DNA of 62,108 bases from an uncultured Bacteroidota bacterium (GCA_937901015.1 CALCGQ010000335.1:1-62108), one strand, 5' to 3'. Positions 36,028 through 45,067 are shown, numbered from the stretch's first letter. Notes: generated by a model not told the origin, from the letters alone. Translations and numbers: made by a program.

Positions 36028-38505
36028 TAAAGTAAAATCAACATTGTAGGTAGGGGTTTCAAGATCATTTGTAATAATACCAACAATATCATCATATGAA
36101 CCCACGGCCAAACCACTAGCATCAAAAGTAACATCTACTAAAATAGAGTCACCAGGTGCAACAATACCTTCATCAGGGTTTAGTGATAACCAACTTTCAA
36201 TTAACATAGTATAGTCTTCAACCTCGCCATATTCAGTATCTCCGTACGCATTAAGTTTGCCAGGTCCTGAAAGTCTTACTCGCATTCCTGTAGCACCTTG
36301 TTTTACACCTTTAGGCACGAACACATTACCAGTAAAATAACCCAATGTACCATTTTCATTAAGTTGAATTTCATCTTCATCAAATTCACCATTTTGATCC
36401 CAATCAATCCATACCTTACATTGATCACCATTATATGAATTTGCTGCAACAACTTCTATTGAAAAAGCTTCTCCTGCAACTAATTGGCCATAAACGCTTG
36501 TAAAATCTCCATAATATTCACTCGCTGATCGATTCTCTAAATTTGAAATTCGCACTATATTAATGTACTCATCTCCACCACCAATACTTTTTTCATATTT
36601 ATTGGATTGCATTTTATTAAAGAAGGGAGACAAGCTATAATCAAGTTCTAATACTCCAGTATTTTTTATCTTCATAATCTGTACTTCAGATTCTTCAGGA
36701 GCAATAACAGAAGTAAAACTAGATGGTGTTATCTCAATTGTTGAAGAACCATACTGTGTTAAAGCAACAGTAGCTGCAGATTCCTGATCACCAGTGAATA
36801 CTGCAGTAACTTCATATGTATAATAATCATATTCTGTTAGTATCTCTGAATATGTGAGATCATTAGTTGATGTAATTAAGCTTCCATTGCGGTAAATATT
36901 AAAGTAGTCGAAACCATTAGTTCCATTAAAATTCCAATTTAGATCACATTCTCCGGTTTCTTGATTCGTTGAAGCAGTTAATCCGAATGGCGCAACGATT
37001 TCTATTGTTTCAAATACGCTAACATATGTCATTGCAGTACCTGTTCGGTTGTCAGTCCAGCATGGATAAACTTTTCCATCACTTGAGTGTATGGCAAGAT
37101 AATCACCGAAATATCCAGAAGCAAGACCTGGAATTGGAGAAGGTGTAAAAGCGACATCACTTACTTTAAAATCTTCCCAGGTTTCTCCAGCGTTTGTAGA
37201 AACGGCGACCCATGCCTCAGCTTGTGAAGCTGAAGTATTTCTATTATCATAAAAAATAACACTCAAAATTCCACTTGATGCATCACATGAAATCCAAGGT
37301 AGATAATGAGATTTCCCTTGGCCAATGGGATCCTGATTAACGCGAATAGGATCCGACCATGTTAATCCTTCATCGGTTGACTTAATCAGATAAACATCTC
37401 TGTCACTACCAGTATTTATTCCTGGTACACCTGTATTAGTCCAAACAACATATACCGTCCCACTATTTGGTCCATCGCTAGCATCAACAGCCATTACTGG
37501 AAATGAGTTCACACGCATATTCTGTGGAACCCCTGAATTACGTATTCCTTTAATATTATCAATAATTCTATATGCAGGCTCCCATGTTTCACCACCATCG
37601 AATGAACGAGCCATTCCCATGGAGTTCTCATCATTTGGCCAGTTATCATATATGGTCCAAACAGCATAAACTTCTCCATTTGGTCCTGTACTAATATTTA
37701 CACCTTGATGGTGACCAGATGTATTTATTGCCTGACTTAAATTTACTTTTTGTTCCCATGACTCACCTTTATCGATGGATCTTTTCAGAACAATATTTTC
37801 ATTATACGAACCACCAAAATCTGTCCATGCATTATAAAGATAATTCTCGTATGGACTACCTTCCTTGGCATCAATCCACATATGGTTTTTGTCGGCCAAA
37901 TCTTGCCAACCGGTACCTGGCTTAGGAGCAACTTGTACTTTAGTCCATGTTAATCCTTGATCGTCAGAGTAAGAAATATCCTGGCCACTACTAGTACCAA
38001 TGTATCCAACATACCACCTTCCATCGGTTCCAATACAAGATGCTGGATCGCCACTATTGCTGCCATTTGGTCCCTGAATATCACCAGCCCATGTTGCGGC
38101 AAAATCATAAGTGTACAGGTAATCTGCTCCGTACACTGATCCACCACTAGCCGGAGTAGAATTATTGGAATTAAAGGCAACCATATTATCGTTGGGATCA
38201 ACGAAAATTGAGTTCTCACTTTGAGTAGATGGTTGAGTAGTTACAGGAACATCAGGAGAATTATCATAACGCACTGCTCTTGAGTTAATAATGCTTCCTG
38301 TAAAAACTGCTGGAGGAACTTCAACCTCAGGATTCAAAATAGCAAGGCCTTCTTTAGCCATTCTTTTCCAATATCCATTATTGTCAATACGAGTGTTCAC
38401 CTTAGCCCGTCTTTCACGCTCAGAATCAGCCGAATTACTTATACCCCAATTGACAATAGTAAATATAAATACCAGAAACATTGATATGAATAAAAATTTA
38501 CGCAT
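35053..38505 (-). CDS. T9SS cargo: six-Asp-box (BNR) beta-propeller + FN3-like + GEVED + Ig-like modules + CTD (paralogue of 28464-31700 with the tail of 31830-34853)
   Basis: Asp-boxes are TYDFAATW, SYSDDQGLTW, RSIDKGESW, RSFDGGETW, KSTDEGLTW and VSTNAGETW. GEVED (YGEVEDYTML) is encoded at 36214-36228. The CTD is EVYPNPSTGVFSISL...IYTITILKDG. Confidence 0.9.
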   Translation of the reverse strand: MRKFLFISMFLVFIFTIVNWGISNSADSERERRAKVNTRIDNNGYWKRMAKEGLAILNPEVEVPPAVFTGSIINSRAVRYDNSPDVPVTTQPSTQSENSIFVDPNDNMVAFNSNNSTPASGGSVYGADYLYTYDFAATWAGDIQGPNGSNSGDPASCIGTDGRWYVGYIGTSSGQDISYSDDQGLTWTKVQVAPKPGTGWQDLADKNHMWIDAKEGSPYENYLYNAWTDFGGSYNENIVLKRSIDKGESWEQKVNLSQAINTSGHHQGVNISTGPNGEVYAVWTIYDNWPNDENSMGMARSFDGGETWEPAYRIIDNIKGIRNSGVPQNMRVNSFPVMAVDASDGPNSGTVYVVWTNTGVPGINTGSDRDVYLIKSTDEGLTWSDPIRVNQDPIGQGKSHYLPWISCDASSGILSVIFYDNRNTSASQAEAWVAVSTNAGETWEDFKVSDVAFTPSPIPGLASGYFGDYLAIHSSDGKVYPCWTDNRTGTAMTYVSVFETIEIVAPFGLTASTNQETGECDLNWNFNGTNGFDYFNIYRNGSLITSTNDLTYSEILTEYDYYTYEVTAVFTGDQESAATVALTQYGSSTIEITPSSFTSVIAPEESEVQIMKIKNTGVLELDYSLSPFFNKMQSNKYEKSIGGGDEYINIVRISNLENRSASEYYGDFTSVYGQLVAGEAFSIEVVAANSYNGDQCKVWIDWDQNGEFDEDEIQLNENGTLGYFTGNVFVPKGVKQGATGMRVRLSGPGKLNAYGDTEYGEVEDYTMLIESWLSLNPDEGIVAPGDSILVDVTFDASGLAVGSYDDIVGIITNDLETPTYNVDFTLHVTDMSLTASADPDVICLGSSTQLNAVANGGLGSYQYSWTSIPEGFTSDYATPIVTPEENTTYFVAVTDGSMTLEASVFITVNELPAVDLGGDEVLCGETQTELDAGNTGSEYLWSTDEITQTIIGSGSGVTMFWAEVTNENGCIGYDTVYVDFAEIPVVELGSDTTLCGGATITLDAGNSGSTYLWSNLETTQTIMLDTLGFGYGPQDIYVDVTNQSGCDNIGEISVDFVDCTSINELTDVDMEVYPNPSTGVFSISLSGETNKPVAIRIINISGKVVKEIDDILISGIHTQKVDLSEYSDGIYTITILKDGLSKSKRIVLRK

Positions 38506-38597
38506 AGTTGTAATTTTTGTATGGTTTACGTTTATTACGACAATAGCAATATCTGGATAGTTGTTTATACCATCCTGCTATTAATCATACTTTACTG

Positions 38598-38605
38598 CAA
38601 AACTA
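38598..38605 (-). promoter_or_regulatory. candidate -7 box for the 1150-aa BNR/GEVED gene
   Basis: Plus-strand CAAAACTA equals sense TAGTTTTG. It lies 93 nt upstream of the ATG at 38505. Confidence 0.3.
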
Positions 38606-38612
38606 GTAAATT

Positions 38613-39689
38613 CTATTGGTATTCACGAGCAACTACATCGCCGAGAATCAACCTTAGCCCATTCATGGCCAATGCCTTCATCTCATCTTCACCTGGATAT
38701 ACATGTACAGGAGCCATGCGATGTATATATGATATTATCTGATTAACAAAATACTTGTCGTAAGCAATACCACCAGTTATCAGGATACCATCCACATCTG
38801 ATTTCAATACTGCAACCATACCGCCAATTTCCTTAGCAATTTGATAGGCCATACCGTCATAGATGTATTTTGCTTCTGTGTCACCCGATGCAACTCGTTG
38901 TTCTACTTCATAAGCGCTATTGGTTCCAAGATATGCAACAAGACCACCCTCACCTTTAATCATTTTCATAATTTGTTTCATGGTATAATCACCACTATAA
39001 CAAAGTCTGACCAGATCACCTACTGGCAATGTACCGGTACGTTCTGGAGAAAACGGCCCATCGCCATCAAGTCCTTGATTAACATCAATTACACGTCCCT
39101 TTTTATGCGCTCCTACAGTAATTCCACCACCAAGATGAACAACAATAAGGTTTAGCTCTTCATACTTACGCATGATAGATTTAGCATGTTCGCGAGCAAC
39201 AGCCTTTTGGTTAAGTGCATGAAAAATCGATCGTCTTGGTAATAATGGATGGCCTGAAAGTCTGGCCAAGTCATCAAATTCATCAACCACCACAGGATTT
39301 GTAATATATGCCCCTGCATTTGGAAGAGATTGCGCTAAGTCATAAGCAATTAATCCACCCAGATTACTAGCATGCTCGCCATATACACAACTTTCAAGAT
39401 CATTTACCATTGCTTCACTTACAGCAATAATACCAGATTCAACAGGTTTCAGTAATCCACCACGTCCCATAATTACCTTAATCTGGCTTAATGGGATTTC
39501 AGCGTTCTCTAGCTCCTTTAGAATTAACTCCTTTCGAAAGTTGAACTGATCAGTTACAAGTTCGAAAGGTGCTAATTCCTCAGTGGTATGACGAATGGTT
39601 TGTATAAAAACAGGAGTAGTGTCAGCATACACAGCTATTTTTGTGGATGTTGATCCCGGGTTGATCGCTAATATATATACGACTTCCAT
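38613..39689 (-). CDS. buk: butyrate kinase
   Basis: The ASKHA-fold opening is ILAINPGSTSTKIAVY. VVHLGGGITVGAHKKGRVIDV and ILITGGIAY follow. It lies directly downstream of ptb. Confidence 0.9.
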   Translation of the reverse strand: MEVVYILAINPGSTSTKIAVYADTTPVFIQTIRHTTEELAPFELVTDQFNFRKELILKELENAEIPLSQIKVIMGRGGLLKPVESGIIAVSEAMVNDLESCVYGEHASNLGGLIAYDLAQSLPNAGAYITNPVVVDEFDDLARLSGHPLLPRRSIFHALNQKAVAREHAKSIMRKYEELNLIVVHLGGGITVGAHKKGRVIDVNQGLDGDGPFSPERTGTLPVGDLVRLCYSGDYTMKQIMKMIKGEGGLVAYLGTNSAYEVEQRVASGDTEAKYIYDGMAYQIAKEIGGMVAVLKSDVDGILITGGIAYDKYFVNQIISYIHRMAPVHVYPGEDEMKALAMNGLRLILGDVVAREYQ

Positions 39690-39723
39690 TTTTGAAGCTC
39701 CAGATGTTTAATACAAGAATATA

Positions 39724-40620
39724 TTATGCTATCGCAGCTGCTAAAGCTATCGATAAGAATTTGCTTTTTTCACTATCACCTCTTGATGTGAGAACGATGG
39801 GAACCTTTGCTCCCATAATAACTGCCGCTGCAGTTGCTCCACCAAGGAAGTTTAATGATTTATAAAGAATATTTGCACCATTAATATCAGGAGCAAGGAT
39901 TAAATCTGAATCACCAGCAACTTCACTTACAATATGTTTAAGTTCGGCTGCTTCTTTTGAGATAGCACCATCAAGAGCAAGTGGGCCATCGATGATACAT
40001 CCTTTAATTTGTTTACGATAATTCATCATACTGATTGTAGCAGCATGCATTGTTGCTTCCATTTTTGGATTAATTGTTTCAACTGATCCGATAATAGCAA
40101 CCTTTGGATTAGGGTTGTTTAAACCATGAAATACTTTTACAGCATTCTTAATAATTTCAATTTTCTCCTCTAATCCTGGATCAACATTCATGGCAGCATC
40201 AGTAACACCAAGCAATTTATGATAATATGGTGTTTCAAAAATTGCAACATGGCTTAAAAGAGAACCAGTTCTTAAACCAAATTCTTTATTAAGAACAGCC
40301 TTTAATAATAGACCTGAACTAACAAGACCTTTCATTAGAAAATCAGCTTTTCCTTCCCCAATCATTTTTGTTGCTTCAAGTGAAGCTTCATATGGATCAG
40401 TTACATTAATAACCTGAATATTTTTAATGTCAAATTTAATCTCAGCAGCTATCTTTCTAATCTCATCTTCTCTACCAATAAGGATTGGCTCGATTATACC
40501 TTCTGAAGTAGCATTTGCTACTGCTTCTAAAACATGATAATCTCCAGCTGCAGCAACAGCTAACCTTGTTCTATCCTTGCTTTTAGCAAGTTCAACTAAT
40601 GATTCCAGATTCTTAATCAT
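39724..40620 (-). CDS. ptb: phosphate butyryltransferase
   Basis: 298 aa PTA/PTB family (…RLAVAAAGDYHVLEAV…, GKADFLMKG, ILAPDINGANILYK). It is paired with buk (34-nt gap). Confidence 0.85.
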   Translation of the reverse strand: MIKNLESLVELAKSKDRTRLAVAAAGDYHVLEAVANATSEGIIEPILIGREDEIRKIAAEIKFDIKNIQVINVTDPYEASLEATKMIGEGKADFLMKGLVSSGLLLKAVLNKEFGLRTGSLLSHVAIFETPYYHKLLGVTDAAMNVDPGLEEKIEIIKNAVKVFHGLNNPNPKVAIIGSVETINPKMEATMHAATISMMNYRKQIKGCIIDGPLALDGAISKEAAELKHIVSEVAGDSDLILAPDINGANILYKSLNFLGGATAAAVIMGAKVPIVLTSRGDSEKSKFLSIALAAAIA

Positions 40621-40653
40621 TTTATATTTTTCTATTAATTATTCATATTAAAA

Positions 40654-40676
40654 GTGAGCATGCTTTTGGTGCTCAC
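40654..40676 (-). terminator. hairpin between the TonB-dependent receptor gene and ptb
   Basis: GTGAGCA-tgcttttgg-TGCTCAC is a 7-bp stem, followed by TTTT on the sense strand, 22 nt after the receptor stop. Confidence 0.55.
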
Positions 40677-40697
40677 AAATTTTTTGCAAAACTACAA

Positions 40698-43082
40698 TTA
40701 AAAGTGCATAATTGCGCCTAATTTCATGTTAAAAGGATTACCCGGAGTAAAGTTTATTTCTGAAATTGGAGACGTTTCATTTTTCAATCTCGATTCAGTG
40801 TCAAACTGTGCTTCATTCCATTCGGTATTGGTTAAATTTTCAAGATTGGCATAGATTTTAACTTTCCCAAAGTTATATCCAATTCTGGCATTAATAAGTG
40901 TATATCCTAAAGCCACTATACTATTATCTTCGTTGGCTGGTCGAGAACCAATATACCTATACCTTAATGATGCTTCAAAACCTCCGGGATGTTGGGCTGT
41001 TATTCCTCCTGTGGAGGTAATTTCAGGTGCAAGAGGAATATGATTTTCTCCCTGAGGTTCGTCGACATATCTGCCCCTTGAAAGATTAACATCCAAATCG
41101 GCCCAAAGCCATTTTAATAATTGTACCCGAGCTTCCAGATCAATTCCTATTCTTTGTGTTCTTCCTGATATTTCAGTGGTTCCCTCATCTCCAATAAATA
41201 CAAGTTCTTCCTGCATATAGAGATACCAACCCGAGAACCCAAGAATAGTATGCTTTCCAATATGGAATTTTGAACCTATCTCTGCACCAAAAGCCCTTGG
41301 TAGAGTTTTAATATTTGCTGCATTTGGATCAAAGTTATTTACAATTAATGCAGAGTCAATTTGAGAAGCTGAATATCCTTTATTGTTTAAGGAATGTTCA
41401 ATCTCCTTAATTCGTTGAGATATTATTATATCACGAGCATCATTGGAATGGAATCCTGATCCAAGATTCAAAAACAACTCCAATTTTGATGTGGGGCTAT
41501 AAACCAGATTCACTTTTGGATTAACAACTAGTTTTTGTGCATAGGTTGACGCATGCGGAAGTTTTGATGTCGAATCTAATTCGAGCTTATCCATAACATC
41601 GAATGTAAAATAATCACCACGTATTCCTAACTGCATCCTCCACTTTGAATTAAAGTAAAGTACCTCATCGAACCACATAAAAATATTTCTCTGATATATC
41701 CGATCCATTCTATATGATGTTTCACGAACCCTATCAGGACTTTTCCATAGCTCGACATTAATATTATCAGCTCGTAAGCCAATTCCAACAGTTGATTGAG
41801 TATAAATTGAACCAATACTAGATCTCACTTTATACTTTACATTCATTCCCATGATACTTCTGTTATCAGTTTGTTCAATCATATCGCCGTTAACAGAATC
41901 ATGAAGAAAAAAGGTAAAGTTTGAAAATAGTTTAAAGTTATACCAGCACGAATATCCATGAATACTAAACTCATTGTCTGTTCCTGCTCCATTTTCATAT
42001 AATAGCGAGAAATTTGTTCGTCCGGTTGTTCCACCTTCCATATCATCAATTGCTCCAAATCTTGATATCAGCCCTTCCTCAACGGCACGTGTGGGAATTT
42101 GACCAGATGCATCCCATGCTGAAGTAAATGACCCCAAGGTAACAGCAAGTCCGCTTTTATCGGTAAGATGAGTGTGAAACTTCCCAAAAATATTTGCCCT
42201 ATTGAAATTTTGAGGGCTTTGAAATGGGCCATCGGTTGTATAATATTGACCGGCAAGGTATGCACTCTGATGTGCACCAGATGTTGGAATTTTCAATACG
42301 GTGGTTAATTCTCCTGTATTATACATGCCGCCCTCCAATTTAACCAGGTTATTATCAGGATGGTCCATTGTACTAAAAGCAACAGCACCAGCGGTTGAAA
42401 AGTCTCCGAAATCAGAGAAGTACGGACCTTTGTAAACGTCTATTGATTCAACAATCTCAGGAATCAAGAAGTGTAAATCTGCATAACCCTGTCCGTGGCC
42501 ATGTGTAACCATATTTACTGGAAGACCATCAACTGAAATGCTAACATCGGTACCATGATCTGCATCAAACCCACGCATAAAAATCTGCTCTGCTTTTCCA
42601 CCACCTGCATGCTGCGCTATTATTAGTCCTGGTGCAAGCATTAACAAATCTTGCGATGACTTGGCAGGCCGTGTTTTTAAATCAAACTGCCGTATTGCCT
42701 TTGCTGATGATGATGAGAAAGATCTATTTGCCTCAATCTGAACCGATTCTAAATTTAGTGATGCAGGAGCTATTGAGTACTCCACTATTGTTTCTTCATC
42801 CGATGCAATTAAAACTTCTTGTTCAATTGTATTGAAACCGAGGCATGAAATAATTACAATATACTTACCCTGAGGTACATTACTTATGGAGAATCCACCA
42901 TGAAGGCCGGTTGCAGTACCTAACAGAGTTCCTTTAATTATTACATTTACTCCAGGGATTCCGTTTCCATTTTCACTACTGGAAATATGACCTACTAGAG
43001 ATCCCAATTGTTGCGAATTTGCAACTATCCCCATTGCCATAGCAATAATAATTACTATGATTTTAAGAAAATACTTTTTCAT
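40698..43082 (-). CDS. TonB-dependent outer-membrane receptor with an N-terminal carboxypeptidase-regulatory-like domain
   Basis: I prefer the start MKKYFLKIIVIIIAMAMGIVANS|Q (ATG 43080-43082). A CarbopepD_reg-like stretch (GIPGVNVIIKGTLLGTATGLHGGFSISNVPQGKYIV) is followed by a plug and a 22-strand-type barrel ending ...LGAIMHF. There is no adjacent SusD. Confidence 0.85.
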   Translation of the reverse strand: MKKYFLKIIVIIIAMAMGIVANSQQLGSLVGHISSSENGNGIPGVNVIIKGTLLGTATGLHGGFSISNVPQGKYIVIISCLGFNTIEQEVLIASDEETIVEYSIAPASLNLESVQIEANRSFSSSSAKAIRQFDLKTRPAKSSQDLLMLAPGLIIAQHAGGGKAEQIFMRGFDADHGTDVSISVDGLPVNMVTHGHGQGYADLHFLIPEIVESIDVYKGPYFSDFGDFSTAGAVAFSTMDHPDNNLVKLEGGMYNTGELTTVLKIPTSGAHQSAYLAGQYYTTDGPFQSPQNFNRANIFGKFHTHLTDKSGLAVTLGSFTSAWDASGQIPTRAVEEGLISRFGAIDDMEGGTTGRTNFSLLYENGAGTDNEFSIHGYSCWYNFKLFSNFTFFLHDSVNGDMIEQTDNRSIMGMNVKYKVRSSIGSIYTQSTVGIGLRADNINVELWKSPDRVRETSYRMDRIYQRNIFMWFDEVLYFNSKWRMQLGIRGDYFTFDVMDKLELDSTSKLPHASTYAQKLVVNPKVNLVYSPTSKLELFLNLGSGFHSNDARDIIISQRIKEIEHSLNNKGYSASQIDSALIVNNFDPNAANIKTLPRAFGAEIGSKFHIGKHTILGFSGWYLYMQEELVFIGDEGTTEISGRTQRIGIDLEARVQLLKWLWADLDVNLSRGRYVDEPQGENHIPLAPEITSTGGITAQHPGGFEASLRYRYIGSRPANEDNSIVALGYTLINARIGYNFGKVKIYANLENLTNTEWNEAQFDTESRLKNETSPISEINFTPGNPFNMKLGAIMHF

Positions 43083-43167
43083 TATTATGAATATAATTAA
43101 CACATTATCAACTCAATAATGAATCAACAATGTAAGTGACACTAACAATAATAATATGACACATGAA

Positions 43168-43187
43168 ATCATTTAATGATGATCATG
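43168..43187. promoter_or_regulatory. Fur-box-like array of three alternating hexamers
   Basis: The array is ATCATT-t-AATGAT-g-ATCATg. The first 13 nt are a perfect 6-1-6 palindrome. The overlapping 19-mer TTTAATGATGATCATGTGC matches the E. coli Fur consensus GATAATGATAATCATTATC at 13/19 positions by my count. It lies 86-105 nt upstream of the receptor ATG. Confidence 0.35.
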
Positions 43188-43239
43188 TGCACTAGTCTTC
43201 CATATTTGTTATACTCATGAGCAGAACATTTGGAGTATG

Positions 43240-43695
43240 TTAGCTGATATATTCCGGAGGGGGATATGGAGGTTTACTTGATTCTTCAACAACAATTTCG
43301 ATGGTTATAAACCGATTGTCTGAAATATTGAATAATAAATTATCTATGAAATTATTTCCACTTACCAGATGGTTATTATAATCGACTTCTACAACGGGCG
43401 TTGATTCAGTTGTGTTTTCAGACTTCTTCGTATTTTCTTCAATGAAAAGAGAATAATCAATAAAACTATTATGTGAATGACCATGATTATTATAACCAGA
43501 ATTCGAATGACCATGATGTTGGCTAAGTGTGTGCGAAAGAATATGGTGAGTCTCATGAATTAACCGGGACAATAGAAAATTTGATAAGCCAATTAAATAA
43601 ATTAGCAATACAAAGCAGGTTAATATTTTTGATAAAATTTGTTTCACATCAATATGCTCACAATCATTTTTAACTGGACAAAAATAGGAAATCAT
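43240..43695 (-). CDS. hypothetical His-rich single-pass membrane protein
   Basis: 151 aa. One TM helix (ILTCFVLLIYLIGLSNFLL) is followed by HETHHILSHTLSQHHGHSNSGYNNHGHSHNS (11 His in 31 residues) and a C-terminal KPPYPPPEY. It lies immediately upstream of the TonB-dependent receptor on the same strand. Confidence 0.5.
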   Translation of the reverse strand: MISYFCPVKNDCEHIDVKQILSKILTCFVLLIYLIGLSNFLLSRLIHETHHILSHTLSQHHGHSNSGYNNHGHSHNSFIDYSLFIEENTKKSENTTESTPVVEVDYNNHLVSGNNFIDNLLFNISDNRFITIEIVVEESSKPPYPPPEYIS

Positions 43696-43758
43696 TGGTT
43701 CTGTTAATAAATTAACAAAAATAATTTTCGCTAATTTGCGATCAAATAAAATATGTTT

Positions 43759-44235
43759 ATGAAAACCAGGATACTATTTGTTTGTTTGGGTAATATTTGT
43801 CGCTCTCCTAGCGCAGAAGCAGTATTTAAAGGACTTGTAAAAAACAAAGGTGTTGATGACAAGTTTTATATAGATTCGGCAGGAACCTATGGCTATCATG
43901 AAGGGGAGCCCGCTGACCGAAGAATGCAAAGCCATGCAATACGTCGGGGTTATAACCTTACATCAATTTCCCGGCCATTTATACCAGAAAGAGATTGGGA
44001 TGATTTTGATTATATCATCGGTATGGATAATTCCAATATGAGGAATTTAGCCGATATGGCACGTAGTAAGGATGACCTTAAAAAATTATATAAAATGACA
44101 GATTTCGCAAATAATTATGGTCATACCGAAGTACCCGACCCATATTATGGTGGTGATCCTGGATTTGAACTTGTGCTAGATTTACTTGAAGATGCGAGTG
44201 AGGGGCTTTTTGAAAAGCTCAATTATGAAAAATAA
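43759..44235 (+). CDS. low-molecular-weight protein-tyrosine phosphatase
   Basis: MKTRILFVCLGNICRSPSAEAV contains the CX5R(S) P-loop. The DP loop is VPDPYYGG. An alternative ATG is at 43753. Confidence 0.9.
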   Translation: MKTRILFVCLGNICRSPSAEAVFKGLVKNKGVDDKFYIDSAGTYGYHEGEPADRRMQSHAIRRGYNLTSISRPFIPERDWDDFDYIIGMDNSNMRNLADMARSKDDLKKLYKMTDFANNYGHTEVPDPYYGGDPGFELVLDLLEDASEGLFEKLNYEK

Positions 44236-44247
44236 AATGACCTTTCT

Positions 44248-44952
44248 CTATTCTATTACTTCAAAATCCGATTTTTCTGTTCCACAAACTGGGCAAATCC
44301 AATCATCGGGGATATCTTCGAAAGGGGTTCCTGGGGCTATACCTCCATCTGGATCACCCTCAACAGGGTCATAAATAAAATCACAAACCATACATTGATA
44401 TTTTGGTCCTAGATTAGCCCCCGTTTCTGGTTTTGATTTTGATTCAGGCTTAATATACGTTGGTGCATTCTTAGGTGCTTTACCTTTCTTAACATTTCTA
44501 TAATAATCATATGTAAGAGGTTCACCGTCGGTTACAAGAAGATCATTTTCAATAATCTCACCAATATAAATAATATGTGATCCCACATCAAACTGATTAA
44601 CTAATTTGCATTCGAACCAAGCAATGGATTCATCAGTAACAATTGGCACCCCGGTTTTACCGGTTATATAACCCGTTTTTGAAAATTTATCATTATCCTT
44701 ACCACTTTTATAACCAAATAGTCCAATTATTTCCGGTGAGCTATCTTGTTGTAAAATTGAAATTGAAAATGCCCTATTCTCTTCAATTAATGAGGCTGTA
44801 TAATTATCTTTATTACAAGCAATTGCTATCTGTGGAGGCTCTGCAGTAACCTGGAAAGCAGTATTGGCTATGTACCCACTTCTAACATTATCATTTCCTG
44901 AACTTACTATATATAACCCGTATGTTATTTTAAAAAAGGCTTCTGTATTCAT
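44248..44952 (-). CDS. flavin-reductase-domain / rubredoxin fusion ('high-molecular-weight rubredoxin')
   Basis: The N-terminal ~160 aa are flavin-reductase-like ([12 protein letters not shown]…). The C-terminal rubredoxin is [40 protein letters not shown], with two CxxC pairs. Confidence 0.85.
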   Translation of the reverse strand: MNTEAFFKITYGLYIVSSGNDNVRSGYIANTAFQVTAEPPQIAIACNKDNYTASLIEENRAFSISILQQDSSPEIIGLFGYKSGKDNDKFSKTGYITGKTGVPIVTDESIAWFECKLVNQFDVGSHIIYIGEIIENDLLVTDGEPLTYDYYRNVKKGKAPKNAPTYIKPESKSKPETGANLGPKYQCMVCDFIYDPVEGDPDGGIAPGTPFEDIPDDWICPVCGTEKSDFEVIE

Positions 44953-45067
44953 AATATTTAGTTATTTGAGTTGCCCAAATTTACAAATAAACAGAATTAA
45001 GTTCACATAGATTTGCTAATAAGTTATTACTTTGCATTCTAAACTAAAATATTGCATTTTGAAACAG

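Noticed and set aside
38521-38742. 73-aa plus-strand ORF spanning the buk 3' end and the BNR-gene promoter region. Similar spacer-spanning ORFs lie at 47939-48169, 57876-58058 and 4827-5015.
   Set aside because: They overlap well-supported genes or regulatory spacers, have no recognisable motifs, and have compositionally biased translations.
40685-40692. CAAAACTA (sense TAGTTTTG) between the receptor stop and the 40654-40676 hairpin as the ptb promoter.
   Set aside because: It lies upstream of a terminator-like hairpin with a T-run, so a transcript started there would be expected to terminate before ptb. It could be an attenuator arrangement, but I have no evidence for that and did not list it as a feature.
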